DNA of 64,000 nucleotides from Octopus sinensis (Eukaryota), in NCBI RefSeq assembly GCF_006345805.1, contig NC_043005.1, positions 56,110,001 to 56,174,000 on the forward strand. Reading direction: 5' to 3'. Positions 1 through 12,134 of the stretch are shown in pieces. The notes under the pieces were generated by a model. It was not told where the DNA came from, ran no database searches, and saw only the letters and a program-made list of their open reading frames with translations. Position 1 is the first letter of the stretch, and each line of letters begins with the position of its first letter. Position numbers and translations under genes: made by a program.

Positions 1-53
1 GTTAAGTTTCAGTCTTCCTTGCTTGGACGCTTTCTTACCTTCTCCCATCAGAG
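1..53 (+). CDS. Candidate internal exon of + strand host gene (LSFSLPCLDAFLPSPIR, phase 1 end)
   Basis: Strong donor GAG|GTAAGC at 53/54. Open frame from nt 2 joins in phase to exon 3282-3348. The 5' end may lie outside the window. Confidence 0.45.
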
Positions 54-239
54 GTAAGCAATTATGTATTCACTAAACTCTCTTCCATTCACATGTCTAA
101 ACCAGACAAGAAGTGTTATCATCTCTTCTACATACTATCAACTTGTGATGTTTTTGTTGCCGAAATTGATTTCTCAATTAAAATTAAAATTCAACCAGTT
201 AAGATGTGCATATCTAATTCATCTTTAATCACTGTAGTT

Positions 240-470
240 GAACCAGCAAAGGAGTGTCTGAGGCACCATTCAATGTGCTAGAAATAGCAGGTAAATTTTG
301 TTTGAGATCATACCCTATTATTACAAAAGAAAAGTGTGTATAGGAGTGGAATGGGATAATGTAGTCAAATTACTGTCTGGAAAGGAGATGGTAATGTCAT
401 AGCTGGAACATCTTTGATTATAAGCCTGTTCACTCAGCGCTGACTTGCAGCTAACTAAACAACATTAAGA
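240..470 (+). mobile_element. Dispersed SINE-like repeat (gtgctagaaatagcag... family)
   Basis: Related, mostly reverse-oriented segments recur near 53140-53260 and 53440-53700. Confidence 0.45.
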
Positions 471-843
471 AATAAAAAATCAATGTAAATCCTGTGTATT
501 ACTCCCCTTCTTTCAATGCCACTTCTTGTTTGTTGTGTTGTTTTTTTGTTTGTTTGGCAATCAACCCTTTCTCAAGAATGGAGATAATAATTCTCTAAAC
601 AATTTTCATCTCTCTCAAACCTCATTAATTATGCTGTCACTAACTTCATGTATTACTGAGAACTTTGCCTGCTATGAGTCAGTGGAGTCTCTATTAAAGT
701 TGGAGATGGTACATCTGTAGTTAAAAGATATGTCGTCACCCCTTTGCCTTTCTATTAATTTGGTAGGGATAAAATTCCAGAATGCTGCTGTTCATCTTGA
801 ATCAAGCAAAATCTTTAGTGCAGGGTTTGGTGGATGAAGTATA

Positions 844-1734
844 CGAGGGGGTACCTAAAAGAAGCTGGAATATTGCAGTATTATTCTATTCACTTAGTTT
901 TACATGTTGACACTTTTACCGCCTTCAAAGGAGTTTCCATTTGAAGCAATGCATCAGTCCAGATACGTTTTCTACTGTTGGAAGCATTGCTGCAACTCTT
1001 GCGAAGTGATACTTTTTAATGCCTCTATTGTTTTTTATTCACCCCTTCCACATTTGCAAATTCTGTAGCACCAGCTTTCGTCACCAATGATGACCTTTGA
1101 AAAAAGGTCAGGATCAACTTCTAGCTGTTCTTTCAGTTCATGACCCACATTCATTTGTGACTGCTATTGATCTTCCGCGAGCAAGCAAGGCACAAATTTT
1201 GTTGCAACTCTTTTCATTTGTAATTCCTCACTCAAAATTTGGTAGCAGGAGCTCCAGGACACACCAGTCATATTAACAAGTTTGTCAATTGTTCAGTGAT
1301 GGTCCTCTGAGATCATTCATGAATTTTCATGCTTTCATTCGCTTGAACGGTCAATCGTGGCCCTGAATGAGGTTGGTCCTTAAGTAACAAGTGACCATTC
1401 CTAAAGTGTGAAAACCACTCAAAAGCTTGTTTTGCTCCTGGCAATGTCCTTGTAACCTGTTTGAAGCATGACAACAGTTTTGGCCATTTTCCCCAGCAGA
1501 AAGCAGAATTTCATGGAAACAGACTGTTCCTTCATTTCAGCCATTGCAATAATCGAACAGGGGAGAAGCACTGCAAAACAGATGCACTACGTGGCAGTAC
1601 TTCATCACTAGATGACACTGGTTGGCATACTGATGCCTGAGGGTCGCATCAAGTGGCTTCTAGCTGTAGAAGCCTGAATTACCATGGGCTTGTCCCACAG
1701 AGAACGTTTCCGGTTACTTTTGGGTACCCCCTTG
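844..1734 (-). mobile_element. Internally deleted Tc1/mariner (mariner-type) DNA transposon
   Basis: TIRs cgagggggtacctaaaagaagctggaa / ttccggttacttttgggtacccccttg, each flanked by TA. The - strand encodes degenerate MAEMKEQ..KFCFLLGK..EWFSHFRNG..KVIIGDESWCY fused to a C-terminal FANVE..CIASNG..FEG segment. Confidence 0.9.
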
Positions 1735-1799
1735 TAATAGAGATGAGTAGAACAAAAGCATGTTAATCAGGTGCTAAGATACAGCATGCTGCTTGATAG

Positions 1800-2900
1800 T
1801 TCAGTAAGAAGATATAATGCAACAATGGGCTCGTGGTTGTTGCATGTTGTTCCATAAACCTCTGCCATCCATGTGGCTGCCTTGTATTTGGACACAGTGT
1901 AGGATATTTATGGGTTCATGTGATCCACTAGTGCAGTTCTTTATATGAAACACTGGTCAGAGCTGAAATATTTTGCAGGTCCTAAAAATAAAGCCTAGCA
2001 TTTGGAATATAGATTTGGTAATTTTATAGATATATAATTTTGATGAGAGATCATCAAATACTTTGAACATGAGGATTTGTAGTAGCCGTGAGCAGTGCAT
2101 GAGTAGAAAGGATACAATTCAAGACTGTTTCTTTGATATTAATGCTATTGAGGATAGGCACAAGGGGTTTCTATGTTTTTGTTCATAGAAACGATGGAAG
2201 TTTGGCTTGGATTATCTGGATTGCATGCTTATGTCATGTGTGTAGAATGTTATATAGTGATGTTTTGTAACTTGGTCATTAAGTGCGTGTAAGACCTCAG
2301 AAGTGATAACAAGATCATTAATTTACAGAAGAGTTTAGGTGCATTTTTTAATTCTTGAGGCCCACTAGAATTAACAGAAGTTAGAAAGATCCCCCTTGAT
2401 GTGTACAGAAATGGGTTGTAAATTTCCAATCAAAGAGATAAGAGATGGCTGAAAATCATAAATAATCAGCAATGTTAGGTAATTATTTTACTAATGCTAT
2501 GGATAATTTACATTGCTTTCAACGTAGCTCTGAAGAATGAGAGCCCATTGTTGTGCTACATAGGAAAGTAGATCTCTTGTATGTCTGGATCTAAAGAAGC
2601 TGTCCTGCAGTTAACCAAGTTGAATGAAAGAGACTAAAAATAATAGTGACTGTCACCTCTAAAATGTTGTTGGATGATAGGTTACTATTTGATAAAGTCA
2701 GAGAGATTGCCATTTTGGGGTATGGGTCAAATTATTGTATGGTTCCATATGTTGAGGAAGATCTTTGTAGATTTAGAAGTAGTTTTGGAATCAGAAAACA
2801 ATCATTTGAAATTTCCTTCAATCATTACCTGAGAATATTGCTTGAAGCATTTCACAGATAAACTTACTGACCTTGTCTGTTAATTTAGATATGAACACGG
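1800..2900 (-). mobile_element. Highly degenerate non-LTR (CR1/L2-like) reverse transcriptase remnant
   Basis: The - strand near 2310-2400 reads NSSGPQE..APKLF..INDL, resembling the SGVPQGSxLxPxLFxxxINDL motif. Many stops and frameshifts; boundaries approximate. Confidence 0.45.
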
Positions 2901-3281
2901 ATTTAAAGATTTCTGAAAAGCAGCAAAATACGATTATCTTTTAACTGTTGGTGGTCATGAATTAATTGATGTGATAATAATTAAAGTTAAGCCACATCTT
3001 GGAAAAAGCAAATATATAAATATACATATATATATACGGGAAATTGAAAACTTGTAATGGTTTAAATTATATAGTTTTTTCACCTTTTGCTATCATTAAT
3101 GAATTAGTTCGTAGAATAAATTAAATAAATTAATTACAAACACCTATTCAGCTGTTAGCTTGTTCTGTTTGCATGACTTCGGTTCAGTAGCTTCATCAGT
3201 GCTAAAATATCTGTTTACTGAGCAAACGTCTATTTGGTTATTAATCAATTTTCGTCTTCCACATAATCATTAATCTCTCAG

Positions 3282-3348
3282 TACCTGCACACAAACAACT
3301 CACACAATGGACAACACAACATATACACAAATTCAGTCATGTATTTAG
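3282..3348 (+). CDS. Candidate exon of + strand host gene ((V)PAHKQLTQWTTQHIHKFSHVF, phase 1 to 2)
   Basis: Acceptor taatctctcAG and donor TAG|GTAAGA. The phase 1 frame is open and continues exon 1-53. Confidence 0.45.
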
Positions 3349-4540
3349 GTAAGAATTACATTGTTAGATGTGAATTAATAAAATTAAGAATTCTGGGTTC
3401 ATGTTTAAGAGTGAGGAGATCATAAATGTAAAAAGCAACAGAGAAACTATAGCTAAAGATTTTCAACTTAGTGCTTCTTTAGCCATCTTTTGCATGTTTC
3501 TTTGTTGGATGTCTTAAAGGTATATTTTTAGTGGACATCATCTTTAGAATATATATTCGTTGGATATGTTTAAGAGAAAAAGTAATTTTTTAAATTTCAT
3601 TTAAGTTAAAAAATTTGGAAGCATGACATTTTTTAAAGTATTTTTAACATGTTTATCAAATTTTTGTGAAATCTCACTGTAAAGGAACAGTAATTATTCA
3701 AATATATAGTTGTGTTTCTCAGAATAAAACCTAAGTAAACAACTTAATGGCTCTAAATGCTTTTTCTCCAAAGGTTATGAACCTCAAATTGCTCGTAGTA
3801 GATGATGAGTTTGTAGGTTGAGAAAGGTCATACTTAATAGAAACTTCTGAAGTATGAGAGATGTCACACTAATTAGAGGTAAATGTTTAGTTGTCTGTGC
3901 TGTTATTTATATTGGCTACCTTCAACCTAACTACATCTGTAATTTTGTAATCTTGGCTTCATCTTTAAAATTCTCAGCTCTGACATGTAAGAAATAATTA
4001 TGTTAAAGAGGTCTGATTTAAGCTTTATAATAAACATCTTAAATATTAAAAACATATCACATGATACAAATAATTAATATGAACTTGAAGTATAAACTAT
4101 ATATGATTAAGATTTACTTATATGATTAAGATAGACTACTTATAATTCCATAATTTCTTGTTCTCTGTTAATAGAGATATTTAGTAAATCAACATTGAAC
4201 AAATGTTGAATGCCATTACTTAAAATTTTGTAGTTGTTTAATCCGATGGCTTATATGAAAAGTTTCTATAAGAAATAAATGTTTATTTTAATTTAAGTGA
4301 AATCATTTCTAAAGTATAAATCCAATTATATATGAGACGGGTATATGATGTCAGAGGATTTGAATTTACCATATTATTGCTACTTATTTTATCAACACTT
4401 GATAAGTAAAAGATAAGAGTGACATCAACAAAGAAAGACACAAAATCAAATATTGTAATACATTTAGTTCAACAATCAGCAATTTAGTTCAAACAAATCA
4501 GTTTGATATTTTTTTTACATTTGTCAAGTATCATGTTAAG

Positions 4541-4710
4541 TGCAGACATGGTTGTATGGTTAAGAAGTTTACTTCCCAACCACATGGTTTTGGTAAAGTC
4601 CCATGCTGTGACACCCTGGATAAGTATTATCTATTATAGCTCCTGGCTGACTAAAACCTTGAATGGATTTGGTTGCTGGAAATTGAAAGAAGACCATTCA
4701 CATACACACA
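4541..4710 (+). mobile_element. tRNA-derived CORE-type SINE (OR-like), 5' part
   Basis: tRNA-like head followed by gtgacaccctggataagt (CORE-like) and aaaccttgaatggatttgg. Same family as 38560-38900 and 61350-61790. Confidence 0.65.
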
Positions 4711-4749
4711 TACACAGACACACACACACCAATATCATTGACATCATCA

Positions 4750-4925
4750 CCATTTAACCTCTATGTTCCTTGCTGGCATGGGTTGGATGGTTTGACAAGG
4801 ATCTGATGAGTCGAAAGATTGCATTGTGTTCCAGTGTCTGCTGTGGCATGGTTTCTATAGCTGGATGCCCTTCCTATCACAGTCACTTTACAGTGTGTAC
4901 TGGGTACCTTTGTTGTGCTACCAAC
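4750..4925 (-). mobile_element. RTE 3'-tail element (truncated LINE or RTE-tail SINE)
   Basis: Reverse complement of ...ggcatccagc..tagaaac..ccaacccatgccagca..gttaaatg(atg)n, the same tail as at 57820-57989. Confidence 0.7.
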
Positions 4926-5242
4926 ACTCTTGAGGTCACCACGTGTTTGTGTGTATGTGTGCATAAGAATGTCGACATTCTTTGTTTTCACATGACCCCG
5001 ACAATGATGTCTTGAAGCTCCTATTCTTTCGAAGATTGTTGCAATAAAAAGAAAACTCCTTACTAGAAATCAGGTATGGGTTCACAACAGATAGGGCAAT
5101 TGACCATAAAATATTGTCTCAAGTAAATCTCCATTCAAATGAATGCCCACATGAAAATTAGACATAGAAGTAAAACACTTGTACATATATGCAAAAACTC
5201 AACATTGATGCATTATATATTTGGTCTTTAGCTTTATTATTG

Positions 5243-5453
5243 TTCTTATTTTAGTGTCCTTTGTCTGAAACCTTTCATCACATATCCTGTGACCTCTTTA
5301 GTGGCCCTCCATCCCACTTGTCTCCTCCTGTTCTGTTTAGTCCATTCTAAATGGACTAAACAGAAAAGGAGGGGACATGTGGGATGGAGAGTTGCTGAAG
5401 AGATCATAGGATGTATGATGAAAGATTTTAGACAAAGGATACTAAAATAAGAA
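5243..5453. repeat. Foldback inverted repeat, ~100-bp arms with a ~5-nt loop
   Basis: ttcttattttagtgtcctttgtc...tttagtccat is followed by atggactaaa...gacaaaggatactaaaataagaa. Confidence 0.85.
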
Positions 5454-5689
5454 TTGGTGTGTTAGTTTTTACATTAGCCAGTATTTCTTTCTTCATTACT
5501 GTCAACCATTCTATACTTCAGTGTGAGTAACATCCAAATCTTTGCAAGGTTGACTGCCTAGCCAGCAGAGTATCAGGCTTGGTTTGGAATATGATGCAGT
5601 AGGTATACTGACAATTGAAATTATTGCAATTAGCTGCCTAATGCATTAACATCATGCTGCAAGCATTTTTCTGAAGGTGTGTCTCTTAG

Positions 5690-6500
5690 ATTCTCTTAGC
5701 CTTTTACTTGTTTAGTCATTGGACTGTGGCTATGTTGGGGCACCACTTTGAAGGGTTTTTAGTCAATCAAATTGAACCAAGTACTTGTTCTAAGTCTAGT
5801 ACTTATTCTATTGGTTTCTTTTAACCATAGTTATGGGAGTGTGTGTCAGGGGTGGGCAAACAAACCATCACTGCTTGATGTCAAACTTGGGACAAACACA
5901 ACACTCACCCATATCACACACACACACACACAATACCACACAACAAACTTCGTACAATTTTTGTTGACCACATTTACTCACAAAGCATTGTGTGCCTGAC
6001 ACATAGCAGAAAAATTTTGGCCAAAATGCTCATATTATGGGACTGAGCCAAAGCCACATGGTTGCAAACCAAACTCCTTTATCTAGAGCCATCATCATCA
6101 TTTAACTTCCACTTTTCCATACTTGTGTGGGTCAGATGGAATTTCTAGAGGCAGATATTCTATGGTTGGATACTCTTCTTTATCACCAACACTTGTCTGT
6201 TTCCAACCAAGATAATGTTTCCTTGTAACCAAACCTATTTTTCAAAGAAGACTAGAAATGAACATCACTTGTATGATCGTGGCACCTGTTTTCAATCATC
6301 ATATGATGTCAAAACAAGTGCACACACACACACATCCCTCTCTATCAGTTTCCATCCACCAAATCCACTCACATGTCTTTGGTTGGCCCAGGACTATAGA
6401 AGAAGACATTAACCCAAGGTGCCACACATGGGACTGAAACCAAGACCACATAAGTTAGGGAAGTAAGCTTCACAACCACAAGGCCATACTTGTACCAGTA
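5690..6500 (-). mobile_element. Cluster of CORE-type SINE pieces and an RTE-tail element
   Basis: SINE tail 5690-5900, head 5940-6090, RTE tail 6090-6300 and a second head 6330-6500. Boundaries approximate. Confidence 0.6.
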
Positions 6501-7128
6501 AAACATGACTGAATTCTCTGTTTCTGTCCTTTATAGATTTAATGTGTTATTAGTTTAATACTCTAACCAGTAAGTTATCATACATATTTTTATGATTTTT
6601 AAAATTAATAATATGCTTTAGATTTAGTATAAAATAAAATAGAAAACTGAGTAATCTTTACTTTGTTTTCCCTAATTTTCTTGCAAATCATTTCCAGACA
6701 ATTTTATCCACTAATTAGTAAGGTTTCAATGAGGTCTCATATCAAAAATAATTAATTATATGCAATCATATTAAATTGTATTTAAATTAGAAATTCGTTA
6801 ATGTTACAACTAATGGAAATGCGTGCTTCTTTCTTCATTTTTTCTGTTTTTTTATTACTCTTTTTTTTATAACTTCCATATTGATTCGGATAATTTAATT
6901 TTTGAGTTCATTTAGTTTACATTTTGCTTGTTCGTTTACAAGTTTAGTTTGTATTTGTTTTTAAAGAGGCCTGCAGTTCATATAACACATCACTGAACTT
7001 TCTTCAATACCATTCCCTTAAACAAGATATGCTACCATACTACTAGAAATAGTGAAAAAAAAAACTATTTATAGTGAATTAAAAATACATAAAGTGACAA
7101 CTAGTTTTAATTTCTAAGTGATTATTTT

Positions 7129-7129
<1 letters not shown>

Positions 7130-7195
<66 letters not shown>
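7130..7195. repeat. (TA)n microsatellite
   Basis: Direct reading. Confidence 0.95.
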
Positions 7196-7199
<4 letters not shown>

Positions 7200-7984
7200 T
7201 GTAAAATCTTTTAAAAATATAAATATGCATTGCTAAATTGAAAATTTACTATATATTTGTGTGCATGTTTGTGTGTGTATTCATTTATATATGTATATTT
7301 ATACATATATACCTTATAAAGTTTCTATTTTAGTGGTGTATATTCTTAAATTAAATAACTTTTTCTAGCAATTTTGTTTTCTTTTACTACTTCTGCCTGC
7401 CTATAATTTTTTTTTTTGTTCTGATTTTTTTTTGTTTGTTTTTGAAAGTGTAGGGGTGTTATTTATTTTACTTTATATTTTTCTCGTGTGAAAAATCTGC
7501 CACAAAACTGCACATAAATTACATCAAACACTGAATATTTCCTGATCAATGAGATATTCAATTGGTGTTGAAGACAGAGAAGAAAATCCTTGCAGAATCA
7601 GGCACGTAGCAGCACATTTAATTTCTTTCTTTAGTTCTGTAGTCTGTTTTACTTTTTTCCAATTTGTTTCTTTGCTTTTGTACATGGTTAGTGTTTGAGA
7701 AAAATCAATGCATTAGAAGATCAGCATGGGTTCTTTCAGCAATGTTATATTGTTATGTTAGTAGTAGTTGGGATTTCTATAGAGTTCCAATCATATGATT
7801 TTTGCTAAAATATGTTTTCTCTGTAGGCGAAGGTGCTGGCATTGTTGCTGTTGTTGTTGTTATTGTTAGTCCTCAACCTCAAAGGTAGACAATTTAAATG
7901 CTTTGGTGGAGGAAGCAGAAAACCATTGTATGACCCGTTGGATCACTCTTAGAGCTTAAATGTCCAACAAATCTATTGTTCATG

Positions 7985-8451
7985 AAGTACTATAAATAAT
8001 AATAATAATGATAATAATAAATAATAATAATAATAGTTTCAAATTTTGGCTCAGTACCAGTAGTTTTTGAGGGGTGGGGTGAAGTTGGTTACATCGACCC
8101 CAGTACTTGCCTAGTTGGTACCATGTTAAAAGCACCTGTGCCGGCACCATGTAGAAAGTGCCTGGTACACTCTGTAAAGTGGTTGGCATTAGGAAGGGCA
8201 TCAAGCCATAGAAACCATGCCAAAACAGATGACTGGAGCCTGGTACAGCCCTCTGGCTTGCCAGTTCATGTCAAACTGTCCAACTCATGCCAACATGAAA
8301 ACAGGCTTTAAATGATGATGATGACAATGAACCCTTCCAAAAGGATGAAAGACAATGTTGACCAGCAGAATTTGCACTAGAATGTAATGACAGACATAAT
8401 GCCTGATGGCATTTTGCCTGATGTGCTTAATGATTCTATCAATTTGCCACC

Positions 8452-8484
<33 letters not shown>

Positions 8485-9400
8485 GCTTCAAATTTTGCCA
8501 CAAGGGCAGCAATTTTGGAGGATGGGATGAGTCGATTACATTGACCCCAGTATTCAACTGGTACTTATTTTATCAACCCTGAAAGGATGAAAGGTAAAGT
8601 CAACCTCGGCGGAATTTGAACTCGGAATGTAGTGATGGGCAAAATACTGCTAAGCATTTCATCCAGTGCACTAACAATTCTGCCAGCTCACCACCTTAAT
8701 AATGATAACAATAATAATAATAATAATTCATCTGCAGGCCTGAAGTTTTTAGAGAGGAGCTAGCCAATATTACATGAACCCTAGGGATCAACTGGTTCTT
8801 ATTTTGTTAGCTCTTAAATGATGATTTGCAAAATAGACATTGGCAGACACAAACTTAGAATGCGAAACCAGGAAAAATGGTAGAAAGCATTTTCATGGCA
8901 TGTTAATGATTCTGCCGACACACTGCCTAAACAATAAAAATAGTGATGATGATAATAATAATAATAATAATAATGCTTTCTACTATGGGCACAGGACCTG
9001 AAATTTGGTTGGGGTGCTAGTCATTAAAATTGATCCCCAATGCTCAACTGGTACTTGTTTTATCAACCCTGAAAGGAAAAGCTGACTCTGACAGAATCTA
9101 AACTGAGAACATTAAGATGGACAAAATGCCACTGAGCATTTTGTTTGGTGTCCTAATGATTCTACTAGCTCACTGCCTAAATAACAATAATAATAATAAT
9201 AATAATGAGGATTTCAAATTTTGCCACAAGGGCAGCAATTTTGGAGGAGGGAATGAGTCGATTACATCAACCTTAACATTCAACTGGTACTTATTTTACT
9301 GACCTTTGTGGAATTTGAACTCAGATCATAGCAATAGGTGAAATTCTATTATGCATTTTGTCCAGCATTGCTGCCTTATTAATAATAATACTGATGATGA
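7985..9400 (-). mobile_element. Head-to-tail cluster of ~5-6 tRNA-derived SINEs ((TAA)n-tailed family A), with a + strand RTE tail at ~8120-8320
   Basis: Repeated ggatgaaaggtaaagtcaacctcggcggaatttgaactc (B-box on - strand) and ctgccagctcacc, separated by (AAT)n runs. Confidence 0.85.
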
Positions 9401-9404
9401 TGCC

Positions 9405-9690
9405 CTGATGCAATACTAGACAGTGGCTCTCATGGTTTTTGATCTTGACTGTTTGGAAGTGGTAAGTTCTACATGTTTTACCTTTGTGTAAAAGATGGGC
9501 TACAACAAATATTCTGCTCAGTACCATAGATTTGCTTGTCATTTTCTTAACCAGCTGAGCATATCCTTTAGTGGCTGACAATATGTGCAACTCTTATCAT
9601 AAGCAGGAGTTGCTGGGGTACATCATAGCCATATGTTGAGAGGAATTATTTGGGGTTTGAAGTTGGACCATTTTGTACTTAAGCATATAT
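9405..9690. mobile_element. Dispersed repeat, shorter copy of the element at 33415-33965
   Basis: Shared block tactagacagtggctctcatgg...aaaagatgggctac..caaatattctgctca..acc..agatttgcttgtca. Confidence 0.75.
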
Positions 9691-9852
9691 ACACTTTTTG
9701 TATTTCATGTTTTAATAGAGTAAAACTTTATATGTTGATCTAACTAACTTGATTATCCCTACAGAAAATATATTCTCATCTATGAACTATGTATGTATGC
9801 ATGTGTGTGTTTATATATATGTGTGTGTGTGTGAGTGTATATATATATATAT

Positions 9853-10272
9853 ATATATTGTATAAAAGATTGTGGGTAAGGCCAAAACAATGCAAAGTAA
9901 ATCACAAGAAAACAAATATGTGAATTAATGTAGACTTACCTTGTATTCAATATTTCGGGGTTATGACCCCATTTTCAAGAAATTGATGAATGTGGCTGAT
10001 GTGTGTAAGCATGTGTGGAGTGGACATGTGCAGAAGGGTGTTGCTTTAGCAACCAGCTGGTTCCTGCAACACCCTTCTGCGCATGTCCACTCCACATACT
10101 CACACACATGCACATCGGCAACATTCATCAATTTCTTGAAAATGGGGTCCTAACCCTGAAATATTGAATACAAGGTAAGTCTACATTAATTCAGATATTT
10201 GTTTTTCTTGTGATTTACCTTGCATTTACTTCGCATTGTTTTGGTCTTACCCACAACTTTTATACAATATAT
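9853..10272. mobile_element. ~420-bp foldback palindrome (MITE-like)
   Basis: ~200-bp inverted arms (tattgtataaaag..gacttaccttgtattcaatatttc..cagaagggtgttgc and its reverse complement) around a ~21-nt centre. Abuts (TA)n on the left. Confidence 0.85.
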
Positions 10273-10301
10273 TCTACACAATGCTTCATAGTAATTATTC
10301 C

Positions 10302-10355
<54 letters not shown>

Positions 10356-11435
10356 TATATATGCATATATATATGCACATACAGACGTATGGTTAAATGA
10401 AGTAATATTCACAATTTCAACTATTTTCTAAGAACAGATATATTTCTGATTTGAGTTTTTCCTTTAGAATTACTATCATATCTGGGAATACATTTTCTAA
10501 ATATTCAATATTAAGATTCTTCACCAAGTTTCTTGATTGGCACTGCCATTTCCAGTGGAATATTTAAACTATTATTTAAATGATTTATTTTCCAATCCTA
10601 TAAGTCTATAAATATTTATGACTAAAGGGCTCCAAGCTTGTTCTCAATTTCAGTATTCTGGGCCAGATTTAGCTTACATCTATTATTTAATATGTTTTTA
10701 GTTGAGAATTTGCTAAAACCCATTATATTACTGTTTAATTATTTCCAACTGGAATCTTTTCACACTCACAAGAATATGTTCTCAGAATAGATAATAATTG
10801 AAAGTATATGTGTTTTATTTTATTTTCTCTTGTGCACATTTAAATAAAACTTCTGAAGTGACATTTTCAATTATGGAATCGCCTGGAGACAGCATGAACT
10901 GTTGTGTGTCTCACCAAGCTAGCGTATAAACTAAAATATCTGCTTGATTATAACCAGCTGTGAATAGTGTATACATTAGTAAAGATCAATAGTTTGAATG
11001 CATATTTCAGCTTATTAGGTGGCTTGAAGAAATAGTTACTAATCATAATCATTTTATGTACATTTTGCTATGCTTGCATGGATTGGATAAGTTTTTCTAT
11101 CATACTGTGTCTCATCCTTGTGGTCTTTTGTGAAGTTCAGTTTCCAGATTTCAGCATTGGCTCCTTCTATTCATGTCCTCATAATTTAGTTAGGAATTTC
11201 AACTGTGTTTCATGGTCTGCTGCCACAACAGCTCCTTTAGAGGATCCAGTTAGCTCAAGACATCATCAGGAGGAACCACGTCTGGTTTTGACTCCTACTC
11301 CTTTACCGTTTTGACGTGGCAGGGCCCCCCCTTTCGGAGGTGTCTTCAGCTCTGGTGTTGAGTGCATGTCTTCTTTCTTCTCCTTTCTTCTGTTCCCTGG
11401 ACTCTTCGATGTAGCATCAACAAGTGTCAGCGGGC

Positions 11436-11540
11436 GACTGACTGTCTTGTCAAATTTCCCTTTAAATACCCACTGCTAGGCTCCTGCAGGCAACCTCAGC
11501 AAGTTGTCACATGACACTGTCTCAACTTTAACTGACCAAT
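11436..11540 (-). promoter_or_regulatory. Candidate Pol II core promoter: CCAAT / E-box / TATA / Inr
   Basis: On - strand, TATTTAAA (11461-11468) starts 29 nt upstream of the A of Inr TCAGTC (11436-11441). E-box GTCATGTGAC at 11506-11515 and CCAAT at 11536-11540, in a locally GC-richer island. Confidence 0.45.
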
Positions 11541-12134
11541 GAAGGCGCGTAGTCTTAGCCCACACATTCTCTAAACAAGATCATTACCTGTTAATCAGCG
11601 AAGCTATTTCAGTGTCAGCTTGTCTCACCTAGTGAGATATCCTTAGAAACTACTATCTTCCCCTGTCAGCCCTTGTCACTTTTGCATTCATCATTCATCA
11701 GCCATTCACACTGCTAATCCATATATGTACTGTCAGCTTTCTGGATTCTGTCAATGGCCTACTGTTCGCTAACTCTCTCCCATTACAACATTCAGGCAAG
11801 TTAAAGAATTGTAATCTTCTATGAATGTTTAATAATAATCACATTGTAAATAAAATAGTTAATTTAATATTACTTTTTTCCTACGTGCTAAAGATATCAG
11901 ATAACTTTGTAAAGCCAGTTGATGACTTTGTTAATCTATCTGATAATATTTGCCAATCTGTTTGATTGTGTTTGTTAATCCTGCTGACAGCATTTGTCTC
12001 TCCATACAATAGTGTGCCAATCCATATGATGGTATTTGTCAAGACATTTGATAGCATTTATTCATCAACCTGCTAGTGTTTACAATGAAAAAAGGATTGG
12101 TAAATGCTATCATTCTCCATCTGAGAGTGTCAGT

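Noticed and set aside
11174-11790. Solo LTR (TG...CA with ttca flanks)
   Set aside because: Only 3-bp terminal inverted match and no polyA signal in the expected position; kept only as an alternative explanation.
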